Source of the DNA: Vicugna vicugna
Taxonomy: Eukaryota
Direction of reading: 5' to 3'
NCBI GenBank assembly: GCA_013265495.1
Contig: MU058009.1
Span: forward strand, 2,296,001 to 2,360,000
Length of the DNA stretch: 64,000 nt
Shown here piece after piece: positions 34,560 to 45,520 of this stretch (position 1 is the first letter of the stretch; each line of letters starts with the position of its first letter). The notes under the pieces are model-generated. The model did not search any database. It saw nothing but the letters and a program-made list of their open reading frames with translations, and had not been told where the DNA came from. A program made the translations under genes and the position numbers.

Positions 34560-36489
34560 TATTTAATTTTTTTCTAATGTCTCCCTTCCCTACACTTTCC
34601 CCTTTGGTTACCATTGTTTTCTATGTCCGTGAGTCTGTTCGTGGTTTGTAAATAAAATTTGTATCATTTTTTTTAGATTCTACCTATAAGTAATATCATA
34701 TGATAACTGCCTTTCTCTGCCTGACTTACTTCACTTAAGTAGGATAATCTCTCGGTCCATCCATGTTGCTACAAATGGCATTATTTCATTCTTTTTTATG
34801 GCTGTAATATTCCACTCTGTATATATACACATAAACACACCACAGCTTCTCTACCCAGTCATCTGTCAATGGACATTTACTTTGTTTCTGTGTCTTGCCT
34901 ATTGTAAATAGTGCTGCTGGTGAACATTGGGGTCCATGTGCCTTTTCGAATTATAGTTTTCTCTGGATATAAGCCCAGGAGTGGGATTGCTGGGTCATAT
35001 GGCAAGTCTACTTTTAGTTTTTTAAGGAACCTCTATACTGTCCTCCAAGATGACACAAACAGATGGAAAGATGTATCATGTTCTCAGATTGGAAGAATCA
35101 TTATTTTTAAAATGTCCCTACTATCCAAGGTAATATTTACATTCCTACAACAGTGTAGGAGGGTTCCTTTTTCCCCCCAAACCCTCTCCAGTGTTTATTA
35201 CTTGTAGACTTTTTAATGATGGCCATTCTGACTGGTGTGAGGTGATACCTCACTGTAGTTTTGATTTGCATTTCTCTAATAATTAGCAATATTGAGCACC
35301 TTTTTTTCCTGTGCCATCTGGATGTCTTCTTTGGAGAAGTGTCTATTTACATCTTCTGCCCACTTTTTGATTGGGTTGTTTTTTTGGATATTAAGCTGTA
35401 TGAGCTGTTTGTATATTTTGGAAATTAGATTCTTATCAGTCACATCATTTGCAAATATTTTCTCCCATTCAGTAGGCTGTCTTCTCATTTTGTTTATGGT
35501 TTCCTTTGCTACGCAAAAGCTTTCAGTTTAATCAGGCCCCATTTGTTTATTTTTGCTTTTATTCCCATTACTCTAGAAGCTGGTTTGAAAAAAAAAATTG
35601 GTGCAATTTAAATCAAAGACTGTTCTGCTTATGTTTTCCTGTAGGTGATTTACGGTACCTGATCTTACATTAGATCTTTCCATTTTGAGTTTATTTTTGT
35701 ACATGGCGCCCGAGAATGCTCTAATTTCATTCTTCTCAATGGAGCTGTCCAGTTTTCCCAGCACCACTTATTGAAGAGACTGTCTTTTCTTCATTGTATA
35801 TTCTTGCCTCCTTTGTCATAGATTAATTGACCATAAGTGCGTGGGTTTATTTCTGGACTTTTCTATCCTGTTCCATTGATGTATGTGTCTGTTTATGTGC
35901 CAGTACCACACTCTTTTGATCACTGTAGCTTGGTAGCATAGTCTGAAGGCAGAGAGCATGATTCCTCCAGCTCTGTTCTTCTTTCTCAAGATTCTTTTGG
36001 CTATTTGGGGGTCTTTTGTGTTTCCATACAAATTTAAAAATTTTTTGTTCCAGTTCTGTGAAAAATGTCATTGGTAATCTGACAGGATTACACTGTATCT
36101 GTGTATTACCTTGAATAGTACGGACATTTTTAAAGTAATGATTCTTCCGATCTGAGAACATGATACATCATTCCATCTGTTTATGTCGTCTTCAATTTCT
36201 GTTATCAGTGTCTCAGTTTTCAGAGTACAGGTCCTTTGCCTCCTTAGTTAGGTTTATTCTTAGGTATTTTATTATTTTTGATGCAATGGTAAATGGGACT
36301 GTTTCCTTATTTTTCTCTCATTTCATTGTTAGCGTGTAGAAATGCAACTGATTTCTGTATATTAATTTTGTATCCTGCAACTTTACGGAATTCATTGATG
36401 AGCTCTAGTGGTTTTCTGGTAGCCACTTTGGGGTTTTCTATGTATGGTATCATGTCATCTGCAGACAGTAACAGTTTTACTTCTTCTTT
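34560..36489 (-). mobile_element. L1, ~1.9 kb, 5'-truncated, inserted into a MIR
   Basis: Antisense ORF2 peptides ([43 protein letters not shown]). Degenerate TSD agtgttcccatttt (34546-34559) / agtgtttctatttt (36490-36503). MIR halves at ~34440-34559 and ~36490-36630. Confidence 0.95.
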
Positions 36490-37133
36490 AGTGTTTCTAT
36501 TTTGAGAATGAAGAAACTGAGGCTCTGAGATTTTAACTTACCCAAAGTCATAGCAGGCTAGTTACAGAGCCAGGATCTGAACTCAGCTTCTTTGTTTACC
36601 TCCAAGGTATTTTTTTTCCCAGTAAAGCATGCTGGACACAAATCAAAATGGATTTTATTTCCACTGTAAAGTAGAATGATGTAAGTGCACCCCAAGAGAC
36701 ACATAAGTTGTCAAAAGAATATAGGGGTCAGATGGCTTCAAAGAAGGGGGGCTGGGCAAGGTCTCATACAGGCAGCAATTTTTAGATGTTAATTTTTGTT
36801 TTGTCCTTATCTTCTGGATTCAAAAGGATCCTTAATATTAGCCAGTGCAGCATCTCCTGTGTGTGTTCTGTAGGGCAAGAGATTCCTTTAAAGAGTGTGT
36901 GTCCTGGCCTGGGGAATTAAAGGAATTCCCTTGGAGAGACTGGACATACCTCTTACCTGAGTTTGGGTGATCAAACATCTGAGCTACCCCAGACCCCCAT
37001 GGCGGCAGAGGTGGCACGTGCCGGTGCTGGCTCCTGAAACGGAGGCAGCACTGGGCTGACTGATGGGCACAAGGAAGGTAGGGACTGATTTAGACCCCAG
37101 GCTTCCAACTTTGAAATTCTCTGAACCTATTCT

Positions 37134-37155
37134 GGTTGAACCACATGAAATTGCC
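37134..37155. mobile_element. Possible MADE2 (mariner MITE) terminal repeat remnant
   Basis: ggttgaaccacatgaaattgcc resembles the MADE2 TIR as recalled; no clear partner arm. Confidence 0.35.
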
Positions 37156-37798
37156 ACCATTCCCCTCTCTGGCCAGTAAGACCTCTTAAACTTGAGAATG
37201 CTCCAGTCAGTTCTTGGTCATCTGCACCAAAGAAGCAGCATAATCGCACATAACACCCAAACTTACAGCAATTTGCCATACGAACTGGATTTTTATCTTA
37301 CTGGATGTCTGGTTTGGGGGCATCTCATGGTGCTTTATTTAGACTAGTCGTCTGAAGGTTTTTCCTGCTCCAGTGGATACCACACTGCGTAAGATATTAC
37401 AAGACACAGATGACCTGCTAACAGGAAGACCTCCTGGCACTTCTGGCAACCAAGCCACGTAGCTCAGTGACTGAGAGGGACCTGAGCTGGGACGAATGAT
37501 GAGCTAAGGGGAATGTCTCTGTTTAAGAGAGGTGTATGTGAAGGGATCGCTGGGACTCATGAGCCAGATCATGCCGGAGGCTACCTGAGAAATAAGTCTC
37601 GCCAGACTGGAACCTGTGGGATTCTTCAAATCCTGTGGGAGGGGAAGATGCAGCTTGAAATCCTGCTCAGAACACTGTCCTGGACCTGGGTCAGGCTCCC
37701 ACTCATGAACAGCAAGTATCCCTGCTGCACACCTCTCTGGCGCAAGGGCTGCTGAATGGACAGATGGAACAGAAGACAGAAAGGGGACACACACCTAT

Positions 37799-37819
37799 GC
37801 ACACACACACACACACACA
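37799..37819. repeat. (CA)n microsatellite
   Basis: gcacacacacacacacacaca. Confidence 0.9.
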
Positions 37820-37999
37820 GCTCTGCATCGCTGATGATTTCTGAAACTGAAATGAACTTGATCCATAAAAACAACAAAAACTCAGACTGAAAAAAAATAG
37901 CATATCAAAAAAAACCCCCCAGGATTTAATTGAAAAGAACACATTTCATTCATCCTTGTCCAGCACTGCTGCTATCCTTGGCACTGCAAAGGGGACTCA

Positions 38000-38260
38000 A
38001 TGATGTAATGGCTAAGAGAGTCTCCCAGGGAGCAGACCTCCTGAGTTCTAGTCCTGGCTCTGTTACTAACTGTCTGTGTGACCTACAGCAAGTTACTTTA
38101 CTTCTCTGTGCCTCAGTTTTCACATCTATAAAAAAGATGAGGATGATTATCATAGTTATCTATCTCATGGACTATTAGGAGATATAAAGTACTTAGAAGG
38201 ATGCCTACCATATAGTATATACTCAATAAACACTCAATAGCTGTTATGTTTCATTATTGT
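38000..38260 (+). mobile_element. Near full-length MIR SINE
   Basis: gtaatggctaagagag...ctgtgtgacctacagcaagttactttacttctctgtgcctcagttttcacatctataaaa...actcaataaa. Confidence 0.9.
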
Positions 38261-38399
38261 ACGGTATTACTCACAATGGGAAGTTAAACCCCAGGTCGAA
38301 TGGAGGGACAGGCAGGGCAGGGAAGGTGGGATTTTTTTCTGATAATTTCAATAAGAAAGATAATTGATCACATAATTGACCAAGGTAATTGATCAGAGA

Positions 38400-38755
38400 T
38401 ACGCTTTTCAATACTTGCTACTCACTAGAATCAACTGGGGAGCTCTTTAAACCAATAAAGACTGGCTGTATCAGACCAATTAAATAGTAAGACCTGGGCG
38501 TGAAGCCCAGGCACCCATATTTTTCAAAAGCTCAGCAGGTGATACTAGTGTGGCGTCAGGGCTGAGAATCCCTGGACAAGATTCTTGCTGCTTGGAGTGT
38601 GGCTCAGGGATCGGCAGCCTCCACCTCACCTGGGAGTGTCAGAGCCACCAAACCTCGGGCCCTGCCTCGCCCAAGACCTACTGAATCAGAAGCTGTGTTT
38701 TAACAAGCTCTCCCGGCGGTTTACAAGCACACTGACGTTTCAGGAGCACTGGATT
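38400..38755. mobile_element. Two adjacent MER5 (hAT-Charlie) MITEs
   Basis: tagaatcaactggggagct...gcaggtgatact...gggctgagaatccctg; and cacctgggag...agacctactgaatcagaa...ttttaacaagctctcc...aggagcactgg. Confidence 0.75.
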
Positions 38756-39619
38756 AGATGATTTCCAAGGTCACTTCTTGCTCTGAAGTGAGGTGTCCAA
38801 TAAACACTAAATGAAATGACGGCACAGTTATCTGACACCCCAGCAAAGTCCTTAGGCAGAAAGGCTCTTGGAACCAGGACCAGCAGGGATGCCACCAGAG
38901 CCAAAAACTGGTTTTTCCCCAGATCTTAGGAATCTTGATGAAACCACACCTGTGCTCACAGGTGATGAATTAGCAGGGTTCCCCTGGCAAGCTTCCTCGG
39001 GCCAACGAAAAGGGATGATGGGAAAGGGCACGGAGGGACAGGAATCAGAGACAGAGAGTAAAGGAGACAAGACGGCGTCATCTTCCCAAGGTCTCAGTGA
39101 ACCTTGGTTCTGATGGCATTCCAGCACTGTGGATGGCAAATACAAGTCACTCACATTTAGAACTGGCTGCCTCCAGCAAGGTGTGCCCACCACCTGCACA
39201 GGCATCCTTAACTCCCGTTTCCCTGTCCCTTTTTCCCACAGCAGTTTCCCTTCCTCAGCCATTAGAGCACGGCTTCACACTTCCATCACCCCCAGTCATT
39301 CTGTCCTCTCACTGCACCCTCCAAATCCACCTCCTCTTAACCCAAGTTTCCTGTATCACTGAGCCACGACCGCCTTCCCGTGCTGGCGGGCAAGGCACTG
39401 CTGTGTGTGGTGACAGGTATCAGGGACCCAGGGACGGCCACCATACAAAAAAGCATCAAAAATTCAAAGCCAAGCAAGTGTCAGCACATCCTGTTAACTA
39501 ACAAGCAAATGGGAGGACCTGGTGGTAAACACAAGAAATAAAAGGTCAGTAGACTTTCAGAACTGAAGAAGCCCAGCGGAGGACAAAACCAGGCTCCTTG
39601 GGGCAGGGACCGGCCCGCC

Positions 39620-39950
39620 ACCTTGTGTAGCATGAAATACACATAAAAGTCACCATTTTAAAGCGTAAAGTATATACAGTCCCATTGTTGTGCAACTATC
39701 ACCACCAGCCTCTCCAGAACCTCTTCATCTTCTCAGAGACTCTGTCCCCACGAAACACTGACTCCCCGCTTGCCCTGTCCGCCGCCGGCCCCTGGGCACC
39801 TGTTAGATTGTCCGTCTTTATGAATTAACTGTTCTAGGGACCTCAAGTATGTACAGTCAACAATATCTGTCCTTGAGTGACTGGCTTACTCCACTTAGCA
39901 CGACGTCTTCAAGGCTCATCCGTGTTGTAACATGCCAGGATTTCCTTCTG
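39620..39950 (-). mobile_element. L1MB-like 3' end
   Basis: ttgttgtgcaactatcaccacc...ccagaacctcttcatc...gtgactggcttactccacttagca...aaggctcatccgtgttgta. Confidence 0.8.
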
Positions 39951-42369
39951 ATTTTCACCCAACATCCTGCCACTTGGGGAGACAATGAATAACTGTTTAT
40001 CCAGACGAGGAGGTCATTCCATGCAGTGGGGAGAGGACACAGGGAGGCACATAACTTGCCTCTGCTTTATCCACAACAGCCATCAACACAAGAAAAGGGG
40101 CCCTGAACAAGGGGTTAGGGCCTCTGTCTGGGAGTGAAATTGGAAGAGGCTGAGGGGCAAACAGGAGGCGCTCACCCACAGGAGAACAGGAACGGAGACC
40201 CGTGTGTGGTGTGTGTGCATCTGAGTGACGGGGAGAATCCTTCCACGGCTAGCTGAGCGTCCCAAATGTCACCCGTTTGTGTGTCCAGCACAAGGGGCTG
40301 CCTCTGGGCGCCGCCTGCTCTGGAGCGCTGGCCTGCAGGATGCCGCCCGTCACCTGGGCTGCTCTTGGTCCTCTGGTGAGCTGTTTGTCATCAGTGCGTC
40401 TGCTGCTGGGCCCCTTGCTGCCGCCCCCCAGGGCCCTGCTCCCTGGGAGTCTGGAGCTCCCTGGGGAGCTCACAGCGGAGGGGAGCAGAGGTAGGAAGCA
40501 GGACTCTTGCTTCGAGTCTCTGAAGAGGACACAGCTGGAAGGAACGTCAGCGGTGCCCTGCCCTAACTATATTCTGAGGAAACTGAGGTCCAGGAGGATG
40601 GCACAACTTCCCCAAGGTCACACAGTGGACCTGGGATGAGAACTCAGGTCTCTGCTGTTTCCTCAAGCCTCAGGTGCTTCTCCAAGCTATGGCTGCTTTA
40701 GCAACGGATTCTCATCTGCGCCCTCCTCTCCAGCCTCCATCCAGGACTTCCAACTGACTCAGTAACTCTGCCTTGTTTCCCTCCTGGGGCTGAAGATCTG
40801 AAAACACAGGTCAGGAGCAGCCCTCTGACATCCCCCTGCTGCCAGGCCCACCCCCCACCCCACCCCCAGCTGCATCTTCTCACTTACACTCTGGGACCCC
40901 CTCTTCCTTCTGTCATGATTGCTTGCTTTGACAACCAAAACTGCCATGAGGCCTTGGGCAAGCCATCTGTGGAGTAAAATCCTAACCAGAATAAGAAACC
41001 ATCGAGCAAACTGAATGTGGCCATAGAGGACTTGAAACCCCCTCCCCACCTGAGCAGCCTACCCTGCCCCCACTCCACATCCGTCTTCACACGTCTTTGT
41101 TTGTAGGGCCCCCCAATTGCTCTCTTCTTTCCATGAAATGACTGAAATGCCCCAAAAGGGACAGCTCAAGATTTGAAATTACTACAATATTGATTTAGGC
41201 AAGTTCTCATCTTAGGAATTTGGGACTGATCTGGGCAAAAAGTTTTTAACGTTCCAACACACCTACTTTAATCTCATGAGTGCAAATTCAACTGACAGGC
41301 ACTGAAGCAACCCTGGGGGACGGGGCCCTGCGATGTGCAGACACAAGGGGCAATTTCCTCTGCACCTGGAGATGAGAAATCACAGTTCTCAGTCCTCGCT
41401 TTGAAAGGCAGGAAGATGGACGATAGCGTCTGAGCCGCACGCAGGGTATGGACACGTTCTAGACCCTCCCGGGGAGCGGGGAGGGGCACAACGCAAAGGA
41501 GAATGCGGGGAGGCTCTCAAATAGCTCACACCTCTCACGAGAGTGAGCAGGGATTAAAGCCATCAAGACAAATCAAACCGTGTCTGCCCTCGGCCTCCCT
41601 ACGGCATCGCCACGTCTGCCATCCTCATCAGCACAAATTACGCAGAGGGTCTAAATCTGTCCGTCCTCCTAGGAGCTAAATCAACACTGCACTTGCTCCT
41701 TATCTCCATTTATCTCAGTGACTCTCTAGCCATAGCTCCAAGAATCTGGACCTGGAAACGTCCCTTCTGGCATAGAATTGCCAGATCTTTATTTTGTCAA
41801 GTCAAGACACTAAAACAAAACAAAACAAAATAAAAAACCAAACAGCTATCACCATGGTTTCTTTTACTAAAAAGGGCACTTCAAATGCCAAATAAATTAT
41901 TTTCATGGCTCTTAATTTTCTCTTTTTGGCACAGTCCTCATTTGGACCCAGGGCATAAAGACCCCCGGGGGTCTCTGCATATGCCTTTGAATAACTGAAA
42001 ACTGCATTTCTGACTTCAGTTCCTACCACTGTCCCTGGTCTGCTTCCCTCCCCTAAAATATGCCCTTTAATCCACCTCAACAAGCCAGAGTGGAGCCCGT
42101 CTCCCCACCTGGCTAGGCCCTGGGCAGTGCCCTCCCCTCCTCTCTCCGCTGGCCCTTGCTCATCCTTGAGGTCCTCCTCTTCAGAAGCCTCCCCTTCCCT
42201 GCACCCCTGCAACCCACGAAACCACACTGCACTGACACCTGCTTCTCTTCCTCCGCAACTCCCCGAGGGCAGAGGTGATCCCTCTGCAGTCCTCACAGTC
42301 CTAAGCGTCCTGCAGACAGTCCCCTCCACAGCAGCAGGGGTACAGGAGGCGATGACTGACACAGGGGCT

Positions 42370-42780
42370 GCTAATTCACCAAACGGGTACCCAGGACGGT
42401 GCCAGCAACATGGAGGCTACACCAAAGCAGAAAACAAGGGCCTTGCCCGTGGGGAGTTTACTTTTAGGGAATTGGGCAAATCAAACAGACTTAAATGAGA
42501 CAATATAAACCATCTGGAGTCAGCGTGACTCAGACTGCGGGCATAATAGCCGAGGGAATTTTAAACGAAGGGGAAGTCATCTCAGGGTGGGGTTTGCCAG
42601 AAACAGTTTCATGGAAGAGTTGAGTTTTAATCTGGGCCTTGAAAGAAGTATAGAATTCAAATTGGCAGAAGAGAGCAAGGATAATCAAAGAAGGGCAAAG
42701 AGCAGGAGTGAAGGCTTGAAGGAATCAGGCGGCGGCCAAACCCCGCCTGGTGCCGGGCTGGGGGTGCGATGGTAAGAGCT
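42370..42780 (-). mobile_element. L2 fragment
   Basis: ccttgcccgtggggagtttac...ttcatggaagagttgagttttaatctgggccttgaaagaag. Confidence 0.6.
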
Positions 42781-42834
42781 AAGGAACCCCAGCGGGGAGT
42801 TTGGAGAGGGAGGCGGGCTGGGTGGGAAAACTCC

Positions 42835-43410
42835 GTCTAGCCGAAAGATCAGGCATCATCCAGTCCCAGCCACTCATTACACAGATGAGAAAACTGAGGC
42901 ACAGAGAGGGTGCGTGCCTCTCCCAAGGCAGCAGGAACGGCAGCACCAGCGGTGAGGTAAACGCAGGGGCTGCCCCTCCAGGAGCCCCCACCCGCGGAGC
43001 GCCGCTTCCCCGTGTTCGACACGCACGGCTCACCTGCCCCTTAAGCAACTCCACGAGGCAAGTCCTCGTGGGGTCCCCGTTTTGCAGACCAGGAAGCTGA
43101 GAAGTTCAGCAGCTTGCCCAAGTTCACAGGGTAGCATGGACAAGTGACAGCCAGCACTCTGGAACTGAGCTCACGGGGTACTTGTGCTCATGGAAAGAAC
43201 CCAGGATTTGGGATCAGAGGACCTGCACTCAAATTCTGGCTCCACCTCGGTAGTCATGTGACCTCGGGCAAGTTACCTAACCTTGCTGATCCTCTGTATC
43301 CTCACTGGTACAAAGCGGATAGTAACTCCTAACTCACAGGATTTCTGTGGGGATTAAAGAAGATTATACGCGTCAAGTTCTTGGCATGTAGTATGTGCTC
43401 AGTAAACACT
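42835..43410. mobile_element. Cluster of MIR fragments (both orientations)
   Basis: acagatgagaaaactgaggcacagagagg; ttttgcagaccaggaagctgag; gtgacctcgggcaagttacctaacc...gtgggattaaa. Confidence 0.75.
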
Positions 43411-45239
43411 GGTTCCCGCCCCATCTCCTTCCTTCCACACCACCTCTGTGGTCCTATGGCTGCAGCTCCTCCCCAAGTCTCCTCCCTCCACCTCCGGGCA
43501 CTGTTCTTCCAGGCTGTGGCGTCCTGCCCTGGAATAACTGCAGGGTGGGCTTGGGGGCCGGGAGGGGAGAGGCAGGGGGAGGAATCGGCTCTCCTGACAG
43601 ATAAGCACCATTCTACTAGGCTCTAGGGATGTGAGCCCCAGAGGCGGCAGGACGAATCTGCTCCCCTGCGTGGGGTGAGGTGCAGAAAGGCCCACACGTC
43701 CGGCGGGAAGACACAAGCTGACCCTGCCAGCCCTCTGGGGAGCGACCCCTCCTCGGCCCAAGCCCTCGGCTCCCCGGGCTTCTTGAGCTCCTTATTCCTT
43801 CTCCCCCAGCTGTCTCACACGCTAAGTAGTGCTGCGTAATTGTTCAACAGGAGGCCTCCAAAACTATGTCCAGGGAGACTAGCTGGTAGGGCTCAAGCAA
43901 CCATGCCGAGGGCTTTGCTCAGGCTGGGCTGCCCGGGATGGAGAGACAAGATGCGCATTTGCATTCGTGGCTAAGAGATGGCCGGAGGAACAGTCCTCCT
44001 TGTGAATCTTAAGTGTTGACGGTTTAACAGCTTCTTAGCCTCTTGGTTGCAAACTACCATCTTCTACCCCCTCAAGTGCCAGCAAGCTTCAGCACTCTGG
44101 AAATGAGTGTTCGGGGGGCTACTGGAGTGAACCCACTGAGCTGGGTCATTTACAAGAGCAGGTCATTTAGGTGAACCAGGAGGCAATAAATCTGCGTGTT
44201 CGAGACTCTTGTTTCTACAGGATCTGAAAGATGATGGAAGATGACTCGGAGAAGACAACGGGGGTGGGACCCAGCACCCTGGAGACACCCACTGTGTGCA
44301 GGGCACTGCACCAAGGCTCTGTGGACGCTTTTTCTGACCCTCTTCCACAGCCCTAGGAAGCGCCCGCCAGCCAGCGCTGGGTTGTGATCACAGTCTCACT
44401 TCCCAGCGTGTAACCGAGGCTGCCAGCCTCTCTGGGCCTTGATTTCCACACTGAAAAGCAGAGACAACCACACCCATACCCTAGAGGAGTCCTGGGGTGA
44501 AGGCTGTAAGGAGCAGGTGTCCTCCTGGCCCAGGGCTGGTGCTTGGGGCTGGCCCCGACCGCGAGCGGAGAGGTCAGGGAGGCCTGGCAGGCGCTCTGAG
44601 GCTTGGGAAGGAGTCAGTTCTGTCTTTGATGCTTCGAATCGAGTTTCCTTCTGCTGAAAGTGAGTGTGAGCTAGCTGGCTCTGGAGTGTCTGGAGAGTGA
44701 GAGAGAGCGAGCCTGGGATGGAAGTCACGAGTCCCAGCTCCACGCACGGCTGGCCCTGCGGCCACCCTGCCCCGGTCACGGGCTTCCGTCTGTATGTCTG
44801 TAAATGACACATGGGACTTGGTGATCGCTCAAGTCCCTTCCCGCCCTGCAAAGAACCCGGTGTTCCAAAACATAAATTCATTTACGGAATCTCAATAGCC
44901 CCATTCCGGCTTTTCAAACGTGACAGGAGGCAGCTTAGGAGGTACAAGGAAAATCTCTCTCAAGCAATTTCAAAACAAAACAAAGCAAGCTGCGGGCGCT
45001 GCCTCGCACTGGATACATTTTTCAATTCCTACCCTGTTCACCTGCACAGGGAACAAAAACAACCTTTTTTTTTTTTTAAATAACACACCCATTGTCTTTC
45101 TACCTGGCTTTTCCTTGGGCCGGGGCCAGCCATGTGGATAAGATCTTTCAGGAACTTTTATAATGTCACATACTTATGCAAATTGGCAGTGTTTATAGCA
45201 ACAGGCACCACAACAGCACCCCGAGGTTCCAATTAGCGA

Positions 45240-45520
45240 GGAGCAGCCCGGCAGCCCAGGCACTGCGAACACGGGAGGATGGCTCCGGGGCCCAGAGCGC
45301 GGGCGGCGGGGTGAGGTCCGCGGGCGGCACGGACTCCGGAGCGCTCCGGACTCCTGCCGGGCCTAGCCACTCCGCCTCCTGGGCCCGGGCTTCCCGTCCG
45401 CACGGTGAGAGCGGGTGGCTGCCCCGTTTCACGGGCCCCAGGGCTGCCGGTTGCCCGCCGACCCAAATCCATCTTCCATCGTGTGGACTCTGAGGCCAGG
45501 CCTCGGCCACCGCTCCAGTC
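45240..45520. promoter_or_regulatory. Small CpG-rich patch next to a motif-rich unique segment (candidate enhancer)
   Basis: Dense CpG/GC (cgcgggcggcgggg, ccgcgggcggcacgg) with no ORF or repeat recognisable. Confidence 0.4.

Noticed and set aside
34911..36505. L1 ORF2-like ORFs as an active retrotransposon (also 48071-49250)
   Set aside because: 5'-truncated, frameshifted and stop-ridden; no ORF1, promoter or intact reverse transcriptase.
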